Made by a program: the position numbers and the translations under genes
DNA from: Candidatus Poseidoniales archaeon
GTDB taxonomy: Archaea; Thermoplasmatota; Poseidoniia; Poseidoniales; Poseidoniaceae
Length of the DNA stretch: 56,216 nucleotides
NCBI GenBank assembly: GCA_028283345.1
Contig: JAPOGE010000001.1
Coordinates: 1-56,216 of the forward strand
Reading direction: 5' to 3'
Part shown: one piece after another, positions 29,201-38,158 of the stretch
How the letters are laid out: each line of letters starts with the position of its first letter
Position numbering within the stretch: position 1 is the first letter of the stretch
The notes under the pieces: model-generated
What the model was told of the DNA's origin: nothing
What the model saw: the letters and a program-made list of their open reading frames with translations, nothing else
Database searches by the model: none

Positions 29201-31294
29201 GCGAATCCATTCATCATCACTACCCTTCACCCCACCGCGTAATTCCGTCGCGGCGACGAATGTAGCACTCTCGCCACCACCCCCAGCCACCGGGCGTGGG
29301 TCGCGCATCTTGTCGGTGCGACGATAGCCAGCCAGACGGGTCTCGACATCATCCTCACGTTGATTGGCCTCTTTGATGGTGACGATGGCCCGCTCCATCA
29401 CCGTCACCTGTGCCTGGCGGAAGCGGTAGATGCTCTGTTTCACATCCCCCACCAGACAGATGGTCGGATCCCAAGGCCCTTTGGGGGCCTCCGGTTCCCC
29501 GGATTCGAGTTTACGCCTCCCCCACAACCGTGACAGCAGGCGGAATTGTTGCGGGTTGGTATCCTGATATTCATCGATGATGAAAGCCCGATAGCGTCGT
29601 CTCAGACGGGCGAGATGGTCGTAACGGCGTTCCAGGTCCTGGGTTGCCAATTCTCCGTCTTTTCCGGATGGGGCCAGATTCAGCGCCCGCAGGATGTGCT
29701 CATCCAACCATGGCCTGTCACCGAGATCATCCAGTTCATTCACCATCACCGTGGGATACCAATTTCGACATACGTCGGGACAGCGAGCCAACAATAGATC
29801 CTCGGCATATCTCTGCATATCACTGTGGTCGTAAACCCCTTCGCTCAGTTTGATGTGATTGAGAATCGACAGGACTCCGCGTTGGAGGGTGAATAGGTCA
29901 CCGAGCACCGCCGCCTGCAATTGTGAAGGCATTCGGGTATGGTCATCATCCATATGGCGCGGTAGAGGATTATCGAGGTCGGTGGGAAGATTTGCCCCGT
30001 GGTCCGGCAGGGAGACCAGGGGCAGTGTCGGGTGGAGCAGGAAGGCCATTTGCCCGAATTGGCGGGCGGCTCGTCCGGTGGTGGTAGCCAATAGGGCGCG
30101 GAACACCTGAGCCGCTGACTCGGCCGCATCTCTGGCGGATTGACGGTCGGCTTCTGCCACCGCCCCCCACGGTTTCAGCCCACTCAGCCAGCCACCTTGG
30201 CCGGTTCCGGTCGGCAATAGTGCATTTGGCAGGGCTTTGGGAACCGCTTTGTCATACTGGGTTTTGGACATAGAAGCCCACGAAACGTGGTGAATCCACT
30301 GGAGTTTCTCCCACTCATCCTCGGGAAGGTCTTCGGCTGCCATGGTGTTGAGATGGGTGATTCGGTTATCGTCACCAAGACTTTCATCCATTCCCAATTT
30401 CACCGATTGTGCTCGCAGAGCCTCCAACCAATCTTTCAGCGCCACTTGCAATTGTTCGGCAAATTCACTCAGGTCGCCGGCAATCCCCAACAACAAATCG
30501 CAGATTGCCTGCAGGGAGATTTCGTGGCTTGGTCCACCCGAGGCGGTACGCAATTGCCGCTCGGCCTCTTCGACGAATAGTGGCTGTTTGAGCAGAGCCA
30601 TCAGCATTCGCTCAGCCGCCCCGCGCCCGCCCAACAACCAGGCCAATCGATTGCGGGCCGACATGAATGCGGCCGGGTCCATCCCAATTCCCGCCAACGA
30701 GGCATGACCCTCATTCTGTAGGCGCCAGGCGGTGTTGATGGCACGGGCGAGCAGAACCGGACGTTGGGCATCGCTGACCAATTCACTCGAAGGGTCATCG
30801 CTGACCGTGGCGAGATGGGGTGAGACCAAGCCCGAAAGAAAACTGTCTATGGTGCCGATCGGCGCATCTTCGAGCAGGCTCTTCAACTGCTCGATATCAC
30901 CGGCTTTTCGCAGTCGCACATCGACGGTCGCATCTGGGGCATTAGGGTCGGGTGCTGAGCGCAGGTTGGAGAGTCGGTCGCGGATTCTCTGCCGCAGTTC
31001 ATCGGCGGCCTTGTTGGTGAAGGTTATCGCCACCACCTCAGAGGGAAGGAGAGCATGCCATTCCTCCATATCGCTGAGTTCAATCGCCGGTGCCCGAATC
31101 GCGCCCCGCCCCCGCAGTGGTACCCGCGGACCCTTCGGCAGTAATTCGGTCGCCCGTTGCCGGGCCTCGAGCAGGTGCTCGACATAGCGCATCGACATCA
31201 CCGTGGTCTTGCCGGTACCGGCACCGGCATCGACGGCCAGATGACGGTCGAGGTCGAGGCCTAAGACCTGACTGCGATTTGGCTTCAAAGCCAT
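26201..31294 (-). CDS. AddA-like UvrD/SF1A helicase with C-terminal PD-(D/E)XK nuclease
   Basis: Helicase motifs AGAGTGKT, ITFTNKAA, IIDEYQD, VGDVKQSIYRFR, NFRT, MTIHSAKGLE and RRLFYVALTR. Nuclease motifs GRID...VDLKT...QLALY. Cys in FACNRR and CRTC-x9-C. Confidence 0.92.
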   Translation of the reverse strand: MALKPNRSQVLGLDLDRHLAVDAGAGTGKTTVMSMRYVEHLLEARQRATELLPKGPRVPLRGRGAIRAPAIELSDMEEWHALLPSEVVAITFTNKAADELRQRIRDRLSNLRSAPDPNAPDATVDVRLRKAGDIEQLKSLLEDAPIGTIDSFLSGLVSPHLATVSDDPSSELVSDAQRPVLLARAINTAWRLQNEGHASLAGIGMDPAAFMSARNRLAWLLGGRGAAERMLMALLKQPLFVEEAERQLRTASGGPSHEISLQAICDLLLGIAGDLSEFAEQLQVALKDWLEALRAQSVKLGMDESLGDDNRITHLNTMAAEDLPEDEWEKLQWIHHVSWASMSKTQYDKAVPKALPNALLPTGTGQGGWLSGLKPWGAVAEADRQSARDAAESAAQVFRALLATTTGRAARQFGQMAFLLHPTLPLVSLPDHGANLPTDLDNPLPRHMDDDHTRMPSQLQAAVLGDLFTLQRGVLSILNHIKLSEGVYDHSDMQRYAEDLLLARCPDVCRNWYPTVMVNELDDLGDRPWLDEHILRALNLAPSGKDGELATQDLERRYDHLARLRRRYRAFIIDEYQDTNPQQFRLLSRLWGRRKLESGEPEAPKGPWDPTICLVGDVKQSIYRFRQAQVTVMERAIVTIKEANQREDDVETRLAGYRRTDKMRDPRPVAGGGGESATFVAATELRGGVKGSDDEWIRIDIGDDEHTVLSDEIKRERALGHIDLTTNFRTAPNVLATLNNWFIDVFAPCHDLLPGTWHARSQPLNPPILKDGEEPRVGQIEWLATVPFGEGDASTDLDQYLDPFTIGERAKPHERENEMIAARLHALVNGLSLRLRGVGEGSDAVWREIPGVPAVKPEDILILLPRRKHVTDLLRRLQAWGVPAQADRQGALFMRPVVRELNHLLQILARPHDRHHAAAFARGSLVGMSDSQLELLFNGKGVKPNANLLMRLVQIAPTKPQRRLLARLQQLANRGQIITALTTALESGDILLVHPGLDSLQDGEQFIQLLEELRQQAGGDVELLADAVSILADQKEGALESMAIPPTGAVRVMTIHSAKGLEAKVVVLAGLFHEGHYSSAIEKQSSVVVTPELLAVNARPWRHVPAPLSGTWELAKALLDAQTAAERRRLFYVALTRVENHLIMVGAPAASSCSADGTLHLKRPVSRLPSMGEMWLDALRYSAHEDDDEESPWRMANDQVGEDLAIATDSWKLALNAIELYDDPHLGKAPLKHLTIIHDPRSFTSLESRLSVRKAMAEHLKNAAGAKGNSVGLEKRPTPRSLKLSLAPHRLDLSFACNRRLWLGDVRGWSSEPMVLGQPEVNGGKDAAGATATATATTSSGVGKAGAGVAGVGAGAGVAGAADAAGVIAGAVGAVGAIAGVAGLPDAATLGSLFHRLVEVGIGNPAEGGKLSGLDDQWLQAQASRLLEPAVIEQVLDELLPASADRAGTGQRLAVLAQIQEDGRLGKLCSGEEFDGQKVVGLRTELPFHLTVAVGADGRSITRWSVGGEVELAEIGEIQVTFDGRIDLALAVDGDGGPTLQVVDLKTEGCGQPFDETDPANGHELQHPVADPFSTAAQSDHEQDLLDKHRLQLALYTMVLERSQFRLPQKERRNVLPPAIQVSASGRMVVMSEAELTQAKLDFSQLLERMVEMKLNPHDEPERLPKEQGEICRTCPYYYSGIRLCGPQGEPLGVRPL

Positions 31295-34200
31295 CACTTA
31301 TCACCTCCCAGTAATTCTCTGAGGCCACAGATAGTGCTGACATTGCAGTATTTACACGAATCCTCGGACGGGGTCGGTCGGCACTCTCCCTGCTCAGCGG
31401 CTCTGGCGACCTTTACCGCCACTGATAGCCGTTGGCGCATCCAGGCGCGGAACGGATTGCTTTTCGGCTCCGAACCTTCACCGGGTCGACGAAACAACAA
31501 GTCGGAAAAGAAGGTCATCTCACCGAGGCCATCGGTATTCACAAGACCACTTGCCGAGGCATCGAATTCGATATAGTGAGTAACCGTCTCACCGGCTTCG
31601 GTGATACCGATTCCGACCACTCGATCACCGGGATTCATCAATTCCCAGGCGCGGGCATAGAGGGCTAATTGCACCTCTTCATACAGTGATTTGCGGTGGC
31701 GTTTACCGCGGTCATCCGAGTCAGGTCCCTTGACCGTCTTCAAATCGCGAATCACCACATAGCGCTGGGCATTCCATTCCGTATCCATATCCAAATCAAG
31801 CGGGCAGACCTCTTCCTCACCATCCTTGTCGACCCAGCCCACGCCGGCATTATTCCACAATATCTCGACTCGGTCTATTCGTCCCCTGACCTTCAGTGAG
31901 CCGATTTCGGTCGCCGCCGCAGCACCATCGGCACCAGCCGCACCGTCCTTGGCCACCACCCCCTCGGTAGTTTTCGCACCAACCTGGCCAACCTTAGCCA
32001 AAATCGGCGGTAACATCGCCGAGCCCCCGGCTTCGGTCGCGGCTTCGGCCGCGGTTTCGGTCGCTACATCTGCCGCGGCCTCGCTAGCACTAGCAGACCT
32101 GTCCGACTCGGCTGCCTTGGCCACCAATTCCTCTTTGGCGGCTTTGGTGGCTTTGGCCGCGGCCTTGACCGCGGCCTTGTCATCGGGCGAAAACGGGACT
32201 GAAATCGTCACGTGGTCGTCATCGCCCTGCTCAAGCGGTGCCTCGAGGGCGATGATACAGGATTCGTTCAACCGCAGTTCGGCCGCAAGCAATCGCCCGA
32301 TCGAGCCATCGAGTTCCATCTTACGCGGTCTGCTGATGAAGGACTCGACCTCGGCTCGGCTCATCGCCAATAAATCGTGGCGGCGCTGGGCCGCGACCGC
32401 ATCACCTCGCCCCAACCATTGGGCTAAGCCGAGAACGATGCCGACTAGGTCGGACATCAGGGCTTTCTTGTCGGTGCCGCTCTTGGCAAGATTGGTTTTC
32501 TTAGGATTACTCGGCAAGTCTCGCACTTCGCCGACGGGAAAACCCAATTTCTCACAGATGAGATGCGCCAGGCTGTCGTGATAGAGTGTGCCGCGGGTAC
32601 GGGCATCGAGGTCTTCTCGAAGTTGCTCATCGACGGTAGCCCGCAGATGTCGCTCCAACCAACCCTTTCTCGGGCATTCCAACCAGGTGTTCAACCGGCT
32701 TGCCGACCATATCTGCGGCTTCAGTTTCATGTCACCATCATGACCGTGCCGCTGGTCGTAATTCGGCAGTTTCAGCGGTTTCGGATTCAGCGGGCGCGGG
32801 TCGGTGCCGGGGATGATGGTGCGAGGACCCGGGCGGCCGGTCAAAGCCGGCCATCTGTCGGCCGCTCGTAACTTCATTCGCTTAACCGGCCACTTCTTTC
32901 CCGGGTCCAATTTCTGTCGCTCCAGCGTCACCAATTGCTGATGCGCCGCAGAATCAACCCACAAATCATGCAGATCGGGGGTCTGTGGTTCGCGTGAATA
33001 TCTCTCGTGCATCATCTGCTCTTCCCACCCGAGTGCCAGCGCAGGAGCCGACAACGGCGAGGAATCCACCTTACGACCCTCGGCCAACGCCAACCCGGTA
33101 TTCTGCCGGTGATGCCGCACCCTCGTGCCATTGATGTCACAGCGCACCCCGTCAGCGGTGATGGTGACCGCGGCCGGCCTTGGTGTCAGATGGGAACTCC
33201 GGGCATTATCATCCTCTACCATATCCCAGCACCGGGCATGGTCGCCATCATCCCAATCATCGGGCGAGAGGAAAATCGGTGGTTCAGCCATAGATGACCT
33301 TTCATCGATTGTCAGATTGGCCAGCCATTCGGCCAACGGCGCACTGGGTTGATTATCCGGGTCACTGGAGGGGTCGAGCACGACCACCGTCCTACCCGCA
33401 TTGAGCAGGTGACGCAGGAAGTGACGGGCATCGCAAAGCGGCGCATCCGGGCGCAGGATACCCAATTCCAACTTGGCCTCGGCATCTAGCCAGGGCACTT
33501 TGACACAACCCATCGACCACTCCTTGGCAGAGAGCCCGCAGATGATGACCAAGTCGGCCTTACAGCCCAGACCGGCACCGGGAGTAAGCAACTCGACCTG
33601 AGATTCACTGCGCTTTTCGGGGATTGAAGACTCGGCTACCATCATCGCCAGTTCCTCGACCCACCCGGGGCCATTCACCTGACCCTGATAGCCGGCGGCG
33701 GCGAGCATCTCGCCCCCGCGGCGTGATAATTCCATCAGCCTCTGTAATCCAGCAACGCTTCCACCACTGCCACCACCATCGACCAGACTCTCCCACTCGA
33801 TGATACCCATCAGCGATGATAGCCAAGCCTCGCCATCGTCCAGACCAGAAGAAGATTCGACCAGGGGTAAGGTTCTCTGGCTCACCGCGCCCTTCATAAG
33901 GCCAAATTCATCGAGTGCCTGTAGGTCTTCTTCCCCGAGCAGGGGACGGATGAATTCAGCGAGATTTCGTACCCACCACTGGGTCTCCTCCAGGGCGATG
34001 AGAAGTTTTTCAGCACCGACCATCAACGGGTCGGGGCGCCAGGTATCCAAAGCGTGTAACCAGCGCCCCAAGGCTCCGCCACCACCGAGGATATGGAAGG
34101 AACGGGCGATATCCTCAAGGATGCGGGCATGGCCACGGGAACTGAACTTGGTCTTGCCAGCCACACCGGCTGCACCTCCAGCAGCCCCACCGCCAGCCGC

Positions 34201-35583
34201 ACCACCAACGGTACCAGCCACACCGGGATGCTCTCCACCGGCCAACCAATCGGGCACGAAGGGCAGGGTCTTCTGCACCGCCAAAGCGCGCAGTGACTGC
34301 ATCGACCAGGCCTCTTGACCGTGTGCGAGTTTTGCCAATGCCATGACCCAATGAATCGCCGGATTGGCCAACAGGGGTTGTGCCGGGGCCGATAGCGAAT
34401 GCGCCCGCTCAGCCAGGGCCTCGACCCAATTCGAGTGCCGAGACGCCAGTCCGGCATCGGCGATGATTACCGAATTACCTCCCGATGCCACAGCCAGACC
34501 GGCACCAGTCGTACCGGCCGCATCAGCAGCCGCAGCCGCATGCGCCTCAAAGGAGTCCAGAAGTGCGAGTGCGGCATCGAAATCATGCCCGGCACGTCCG
34601 AGGTTGACCCGGTGCACCGACGATTTCCCATAAGCCCCATCCTCCATGTGCCACGGCATCTGTTCAGGGGCGCGCCATGGTCGGCGGCGTGCGGGCCCTA
34701 CGGTTTCCCCGGTTTCCCCGGCTTGACCGACAAGGTCTGCGAATACCTCCGGCAGGGAATCGACACTGTTGCAGACCTCGATATCGAACAACCAGGCACC
34801 GTGCTCACCCAAGCGGAACTTGCCGCCGTGTCCGATTTGATGCAAGGGGACGAAGCGTGCCAAAGCGATGAGGAATTGCCGCCGCAACCACGACAGTGAA
34901 GGCGGCAGATCGAGAACGACGATGCCGTCGATATTGCCTAGGGTGAACGGGGTCTGGTCGGCATCGGCCCAGCGATTCAACTCGGCGACCACGTGGGAGA
35001 GACGACGATCGGGATGGAGCCGCTCGACCTCATCTTCGAGGTTTCCCAAAACCTTGGAGAACTCGACCACCCCAGGGTCACCATCCCATGAATAATCGGG
35101 ATTCTCCTCGGCCAGGGCCGAATGCAATTGCGATAATCTCTCGCTCTTTGAGTGTGGCCAGACGCGGTCGGCGATGGGATGTATCACCGGGAAGGCGAAC
35201 TCGGCCGCCGCCTTTTGACAGGCGGCGTGTACCAATAGGCTGGTAGTGCCATCATCAGACAACATTCTCGGCAGTCTCAGGTCGACATGGATGGCCTCGA
35301 TCAAACGGTCGATGGTCGCCAACAGCGACGGGTCGATCCCGGCAGGTTGCGCCCGGCCAATCTCGGTGACACTCTGTCTTCGGGCAGCATCGGTGGCATG
35401 GATGACCAGCAGGCGGGGTTTTCCTGCGCCTGAACCTTCTTGGGTGGTCTGGGTGGTCTGGGTAAAGTGGTCGAACAACCATTGCGGCAGGCCTATCCCT
35501 GCGGGAATGTGTTCCATGGAAATAGCCGACTCAGAGGGAGGAATGTCCTCATCATTCGTTGCCGCTATCGCCACCTGCACCAC
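31294..35583 (-). CDS. AddB-like inactive-helicase / PD-(D/E)XK nuclease subunit
   Basis: SASRLNTWLECP, RGTLYH, GRIDR...DLKT...QLALY and CKYCNVSTIC. No Walker A motif seen. TGATG overlap with the addA-like gene. Confidence 0.88.
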   Translation of the reverse strand: MVQVAIAATNDEDIPPSESAISMEHIPAGIGLPQWLFDHFTQTTQTTQEGSGAGKPRLLVIHATDAARRQSVTEIGRAQPAGIDPSLLATIDRLIEAIHVDLRLPRMLSDDGTTSLLVHAACQKAAAEFAFPVIHPIADRVWPHSKSERLSQLHSALAEENPDYSWDGDPGVVEFSKVLGNLEDEVERLHPDRRLSHVVAELNRWADADQTPFTLGNIDGIVVLDLPPSLSWLRRQFLIALARFVPLHQIGHGGKFRLGEHGAWLFDIEVCNSVDSLPEVFADLVGQAGETGETVGPARRRPWRAPEQMPWHMEDGAYGKSSVHRVNLGRAGHDFDAALALLDSFEAHAAAAADAAGTTGAGLAVASGGNSVIIADAGLASRHSNWVEALAERAHSLSAPAQPLLANPAIHWVMALAKLAHGQEAWSMQSLRALAVQKTLPFVPDWLAGGEHPGVAGTVGGAAGGGAAGGAAGVAGKTKFSSRGHARILEDIARSFHILGGGGALGRWLHALDTWRPDPLMVGAEKLLIALEETQWWVRNLAEFIRPLLGEEDLQALDEFGLMKGAVSQRTLPLVESSSGLDDGEAWLSSLMGIIEWESLVDGGGSGGSVAGLQRLMELSRRGGEMLAAAGYQGQVNGPGWVEELAMMVAESSIPEKRSESQVELLTPGAGLGCKADLVIICGLSAKEWSMGCVKVPWLDAEAKLELGILRPDAPLCDARHFLRHLLNAGRTVVVLDPSSDPDNQPSAPLAEWLANLTIDERSSMAEPPIFLSPDDWDDGDHARCWDMVEDDNARSSHLTPRPAAVTITADGVRCDINGTRVRHHRQNTGLALAEGRKVDSSPLSAPALALGWEEQMMHERYSREPQTPDLHDLWVDSAAHQQLVTLERQKLDPGKKWPVKRMKLRAADRWPALTGRPGPRTIIPGTDPRPLNPKPLKLPNYDQRHGHDGDMKLKPQIWSASRLNTWLECPRKGWLERHLRATVDEQLREDLDARTRGTLYHDSLAHLICEKLGFPVGEVRDLPSNPKKTNLAKSGTDKKALMSDLVGIVLGLAQWLGRGDAVAAQRRHDLLAMSRAEVESFISRPRKMELDGSIGRLLAAELRLNESCIIALEAPLEQGDDDHVTISVPFSPDDKAAVKAAAKATKAAKEELVAKAAESDRSASASEAAADVATETAAEAATEAGGSAMLPPILAKVGQVGAKTTEGVVAKDGAAGADGAAAATEIGSLKVRGRIDRVEILWNNAGVGWVDKDGEEEVCPLDLDMDTEWNAQRYVVIRDLKTVKGPDSDDRGKRHRKSLYEEVQLALYARAWELMNPGDRVVGIGITEAGETVTHYIEFDASASGLVNTDGLGEMTFFSDLLFRRPGEGSEPKSNPFRAWMRQRLSVAVKVARAAEQGECRPTPSEDSCKYCNVSTICGLRELLGGDK

Positions 35584-35848
35584 CGAGGTTTCCCCTTTGA
35601 CGGCAGGGGTACTTCAACCCTTCACCACGGGAGGGGGAAGAAATGCGATTGCCCACTTTTTCACCCCGGGGAGAAATTCGCAGGGTAGGTCGCACCCGGA
35701 CATTGTTTCTCCTTCGGCACTGGAGAAATTTTCTCGCCACTGTAATACTCCGCATAGGATTACCCGCCCATTTCCCGGTCGAAAGTCTGCGTGGATGACC
35801 ACCCGGGCGCCCTAGAAGGCCAGCAAGTGAATACTGGCTTGGGTGAAT

Positions 35849-35881
35849 ACATGAACAGTTCATGTTTGTATTTTTATTATA
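35849..35881 (+). promoter_or_regulatory. Perfect palindrome ACATGAAC-A-GTTCATGT directly upstream of a TTTTTATTATA TATA-like box
   Basis: Seen directly in the addB / TFB-like divergent intergenic region. Confidence 0.5.
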
Positions 35882-36077
35882 CGCCCCGCCATGGTAGCGT
35901 CGCCTTGATAAGGGGCGGAAGTCACTATTGAAAAGCCGGAAGGCGACAGGAAGAGATAACTGAAGGTAATAACTACGACTGATACTAGGCAAATGATTAC
36001 AATTGCAACTTTTTTTCCATCATTTGCTCACCCACATATCTCAGCCAGATATTCCGTCGCCCGGTGGAGCCGTTACC

Positions 36078-37148
36078 ATGAGTGATAAAAAAGATACTGA
36101 CCGAACAGAAAGTGAAGAAGCCTGCGATGAGTGCGGATATATCCGTGCCGCGAACGAAAATAACGAGGTTGAATGCCCGCAATGCGGCCTACAGCCTTGT
36201 GGAGAAGAACTCGATATCCACCATCCGGGAAATACCCAGGGCGAAGAGGCGCACATGCATGCCGCCGGAAATAACCGAGTGAGAAACCGTAACCGAATGC
36301 CGGGTACCTACATCGACCGTAACGACATTCGCCGCAACGGCCAAGCCGGCCGAGCGACACGCGATTCACTGTACCGAATACTGCGCGAGCATGTGCGGAT
36401 GAATTGCACTCGCCCGACCTTCGCCGACGATTGCATCGGCCAGATTCGCAGCCTGGGGCTGGGTCGCGAGATTGAGAACATCCTCATCGGGATTTTCCGT
36501 GCCTGCCTGAACGAGGCCGAAAACGAGGCCGATGTGGGGCCACTGCCGCGCAACGAAATGCGCTTCATGACCGACCGCGACGCCGCTTACCGCCAACGCG
36601 TCTGTGTCGTCGCCGGCCTGCGTGCCGCCGCGGCTTTCGGGCTATGCGAAGGAATCCTCTCAGCCCGGTATGCCCAGACTTGGGGTCTTGACCTTGGCGA
36701 TTGCCGACGCATGACCAAGAAGTTCATCTCCCGAATCAAGCGCATGATGGTGGCACAATATGGTGATGAGGACGAAGCCCGTCGTATCGAAGCAATACAA
36801 CAACGACGCCGCACCCAGATGCACCGGGACGGTGAATTGTCGGCACAGGTCTGTCAATTGCGTGAGACCCTGACCAATACCGAGCTCGACTACCTCACCA
36901 TTCGCGCCCTGATGCGTCAGGTCTCGGGTTGGATTCTCCAATTGGGCGAACCGGGCTGTGAGGCCGTATTCGCCAATGTCCGCGCCGACATGCTGGTGGC
37001 GATTCTCATCCGTCGCGCCTTGGCCGGCCAGCGCATAAGGAATTTCTTTAGCATCACCGCAGAAGGCCTGGGGCTGTCTGCGGGCGGAGTGACCCAGCGA
37101 GCCGGACGGCTGTCTCGTGAGTTCGACCGCCACCTCGGCCACGACTAG
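36078..37148 (+). CDS. Highly diverged transcription initiation factor IIB (TFB)-like protein
   Basis: N-terminal Zn ribbon CDEC-x13-CPQCG followed by EELD; GTYID and LYRILREH linker-like segments; two helical repeats; C-terminal HTH-like TAEGLGLSAGGVTQRAGRL. GGTGGAG SD before ATG 36078. Confidence 0.65.
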   Translation: MSDKKDTDRTESEEACDECGYIRAANENNEVECPQCGLQPCGEELDIHHPGNTQGEEAHMHAAGNNRVRNRNRMPGTYIDRNDIRRNGQAGRATRDSLYRILREHVRMNCTRPTFADDCIGQIRSLGLGREIENILIGIFRACLNEAENEADVGPLPRNEMRFMTDRDAAYRQRVCVVAGLRAAAAFGLCEGILSARYAQTWGLDLGDCRRMTKKFISRIKRMMVAQYGDEDEARRIEAIQQRRRTQMHRDGELSAQVCQLRETLTNTELDYLTIRALMRQVSGWILQLGEPGCEAVFANVRADMLVAILIRRALAGQRIRNFFSITAEGLGLSAGGVTQRAGRLSREFDRHLGHD

Positions 37149-37242
37149 GGGTGGTAGCCTGGCGGGTTGCCCCGGGACCAGAAGTGAGGTGTCGCAGACT
37201 GGATGGCGACGGTTTCAAGTGCAGCCGGGATGACGCCGAGCC

Positions 37243-38154
37243 ATGCGTAGGTTACTCTGTCTGGCAGTCGCCCTGCTCCTGTTCATCCCTTCACCTGCGG
37301 TTTCAGCCGGCCATAGCACCGATAATGACGCTATCACCGGCGGAGGGATTTTCGGCGGTGGCAAGATTTCTGCCAACGCCTCGGGAGCGATCGAAATACC
37401 GTTTTCCGACCTGCCCGGCCTAGCCGAGGATTTCACCGCCACCTGGTGCGATAACTGCGTATATGTCGAGCATGCTCTGCATAATGTTTCACAGGATACC
37501 GGGACCGAGGTACTCTACTTCCACCGTAATAACGACATCGAAGACCCGTTCGGCAGTGATAGCGGAGATTCGTGGTGGCAGAGGCGGTACGGCTCAGGCA
37601 TCCCTCCCACGGTGGTATTCAATGGTGATGATCTGCGCGCTGGTTCACTGCCCGGAGAGCAGAGCCTCGATGATGAGTTCACCGCCAAGGTGGTACGGGA
37701 CTTCGACCTCGGCAACGGCGACAGTCAGTTCATCTGGGCACTGGAGAATAACAACACCACCGGGGCCTTTGTCTGGTCATTACAATATGATTCGACCCAC
37801 GCCACATTCGCTGAGGCGGCCGGAATTCAATCCTGGCTATTCGTGCTCGAGGATAGTTCCTACTTCCCCGACGGCGGTAATGGACTTGAGGACTATCCCA
37901 ATGTCGTTCTCGACGTCATCGACCTCGGCACCGAATCTGAGGGTTTGTACAACCTCATCCTACCCAGTGCCTATGATGGCGACGACATCACCCTGATGCT
38001 CATCCATGAATTGATTCCCCTGCCACCGAGCACGGACAATGACACCGAGGGGTCTTCGGAAGATTCGGGTTTTCTTCCCTCGATCACCTTGATGGCGGCC
38101 CTCTCAGTGGTCGCAATGGCGGCGATTTATCGGCCTTCGCGCAGTGAGCCCTAG
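37243..38154 (+). CDS. Secreted thioredoxin-fold protein (Omp28-like) with PGF-CTERM-like anchor
   Basis: Signal peptide, FTATWCDNC, PPTVVFNG, and C-terminal GFLPS followed by a TM helix and basic residues. Confidence 0.8.
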   Translation: MRRLLCLAVALLLFIPSPAVSAGHSTDNDAITGGGIFGGGKISANASGAIEIPFSDLPGLAEDFTATWCDNCVYVEHALHNVSQDTGTEVLYFHRNNDIEDPFGSDSGDSWWQRRYGSGIPPTVVFNGDDLRAGSLPGEQSLDDEFTAKVVRDFDLGNGDSQFIWALENNNTTGAFVWSLQYDSTHATFAEAAGIQSWLFVLEDSSYFPDGGNGLEDYPNVVLDVIDLGTESEGLYNLILPSAYDGDDITLMLIHELIPLPPSTDNDTEGSSEDSGFLPSITLMAALSVVAMAAIYRPSRSEP

Positions 38155-38158
38155 AGAC

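Noticed and set aside
35552..35992. 146-aa minus-strand ORF, or SRP/RNase P RNA, in the divergent spacer
   Set aside because: The ORF has atypical composition and crosses promoter-like AT tracts. I found no SRP helix-8 or RNase P GAGGAAAGTCC signature.
37149..37242. GGGGTGGTAGCCTGGC... resembling a tRNA 5' end
   Set aside because: No acceptor-stem complement, anticodon arm or proper TTCRA T-loop could be folded.
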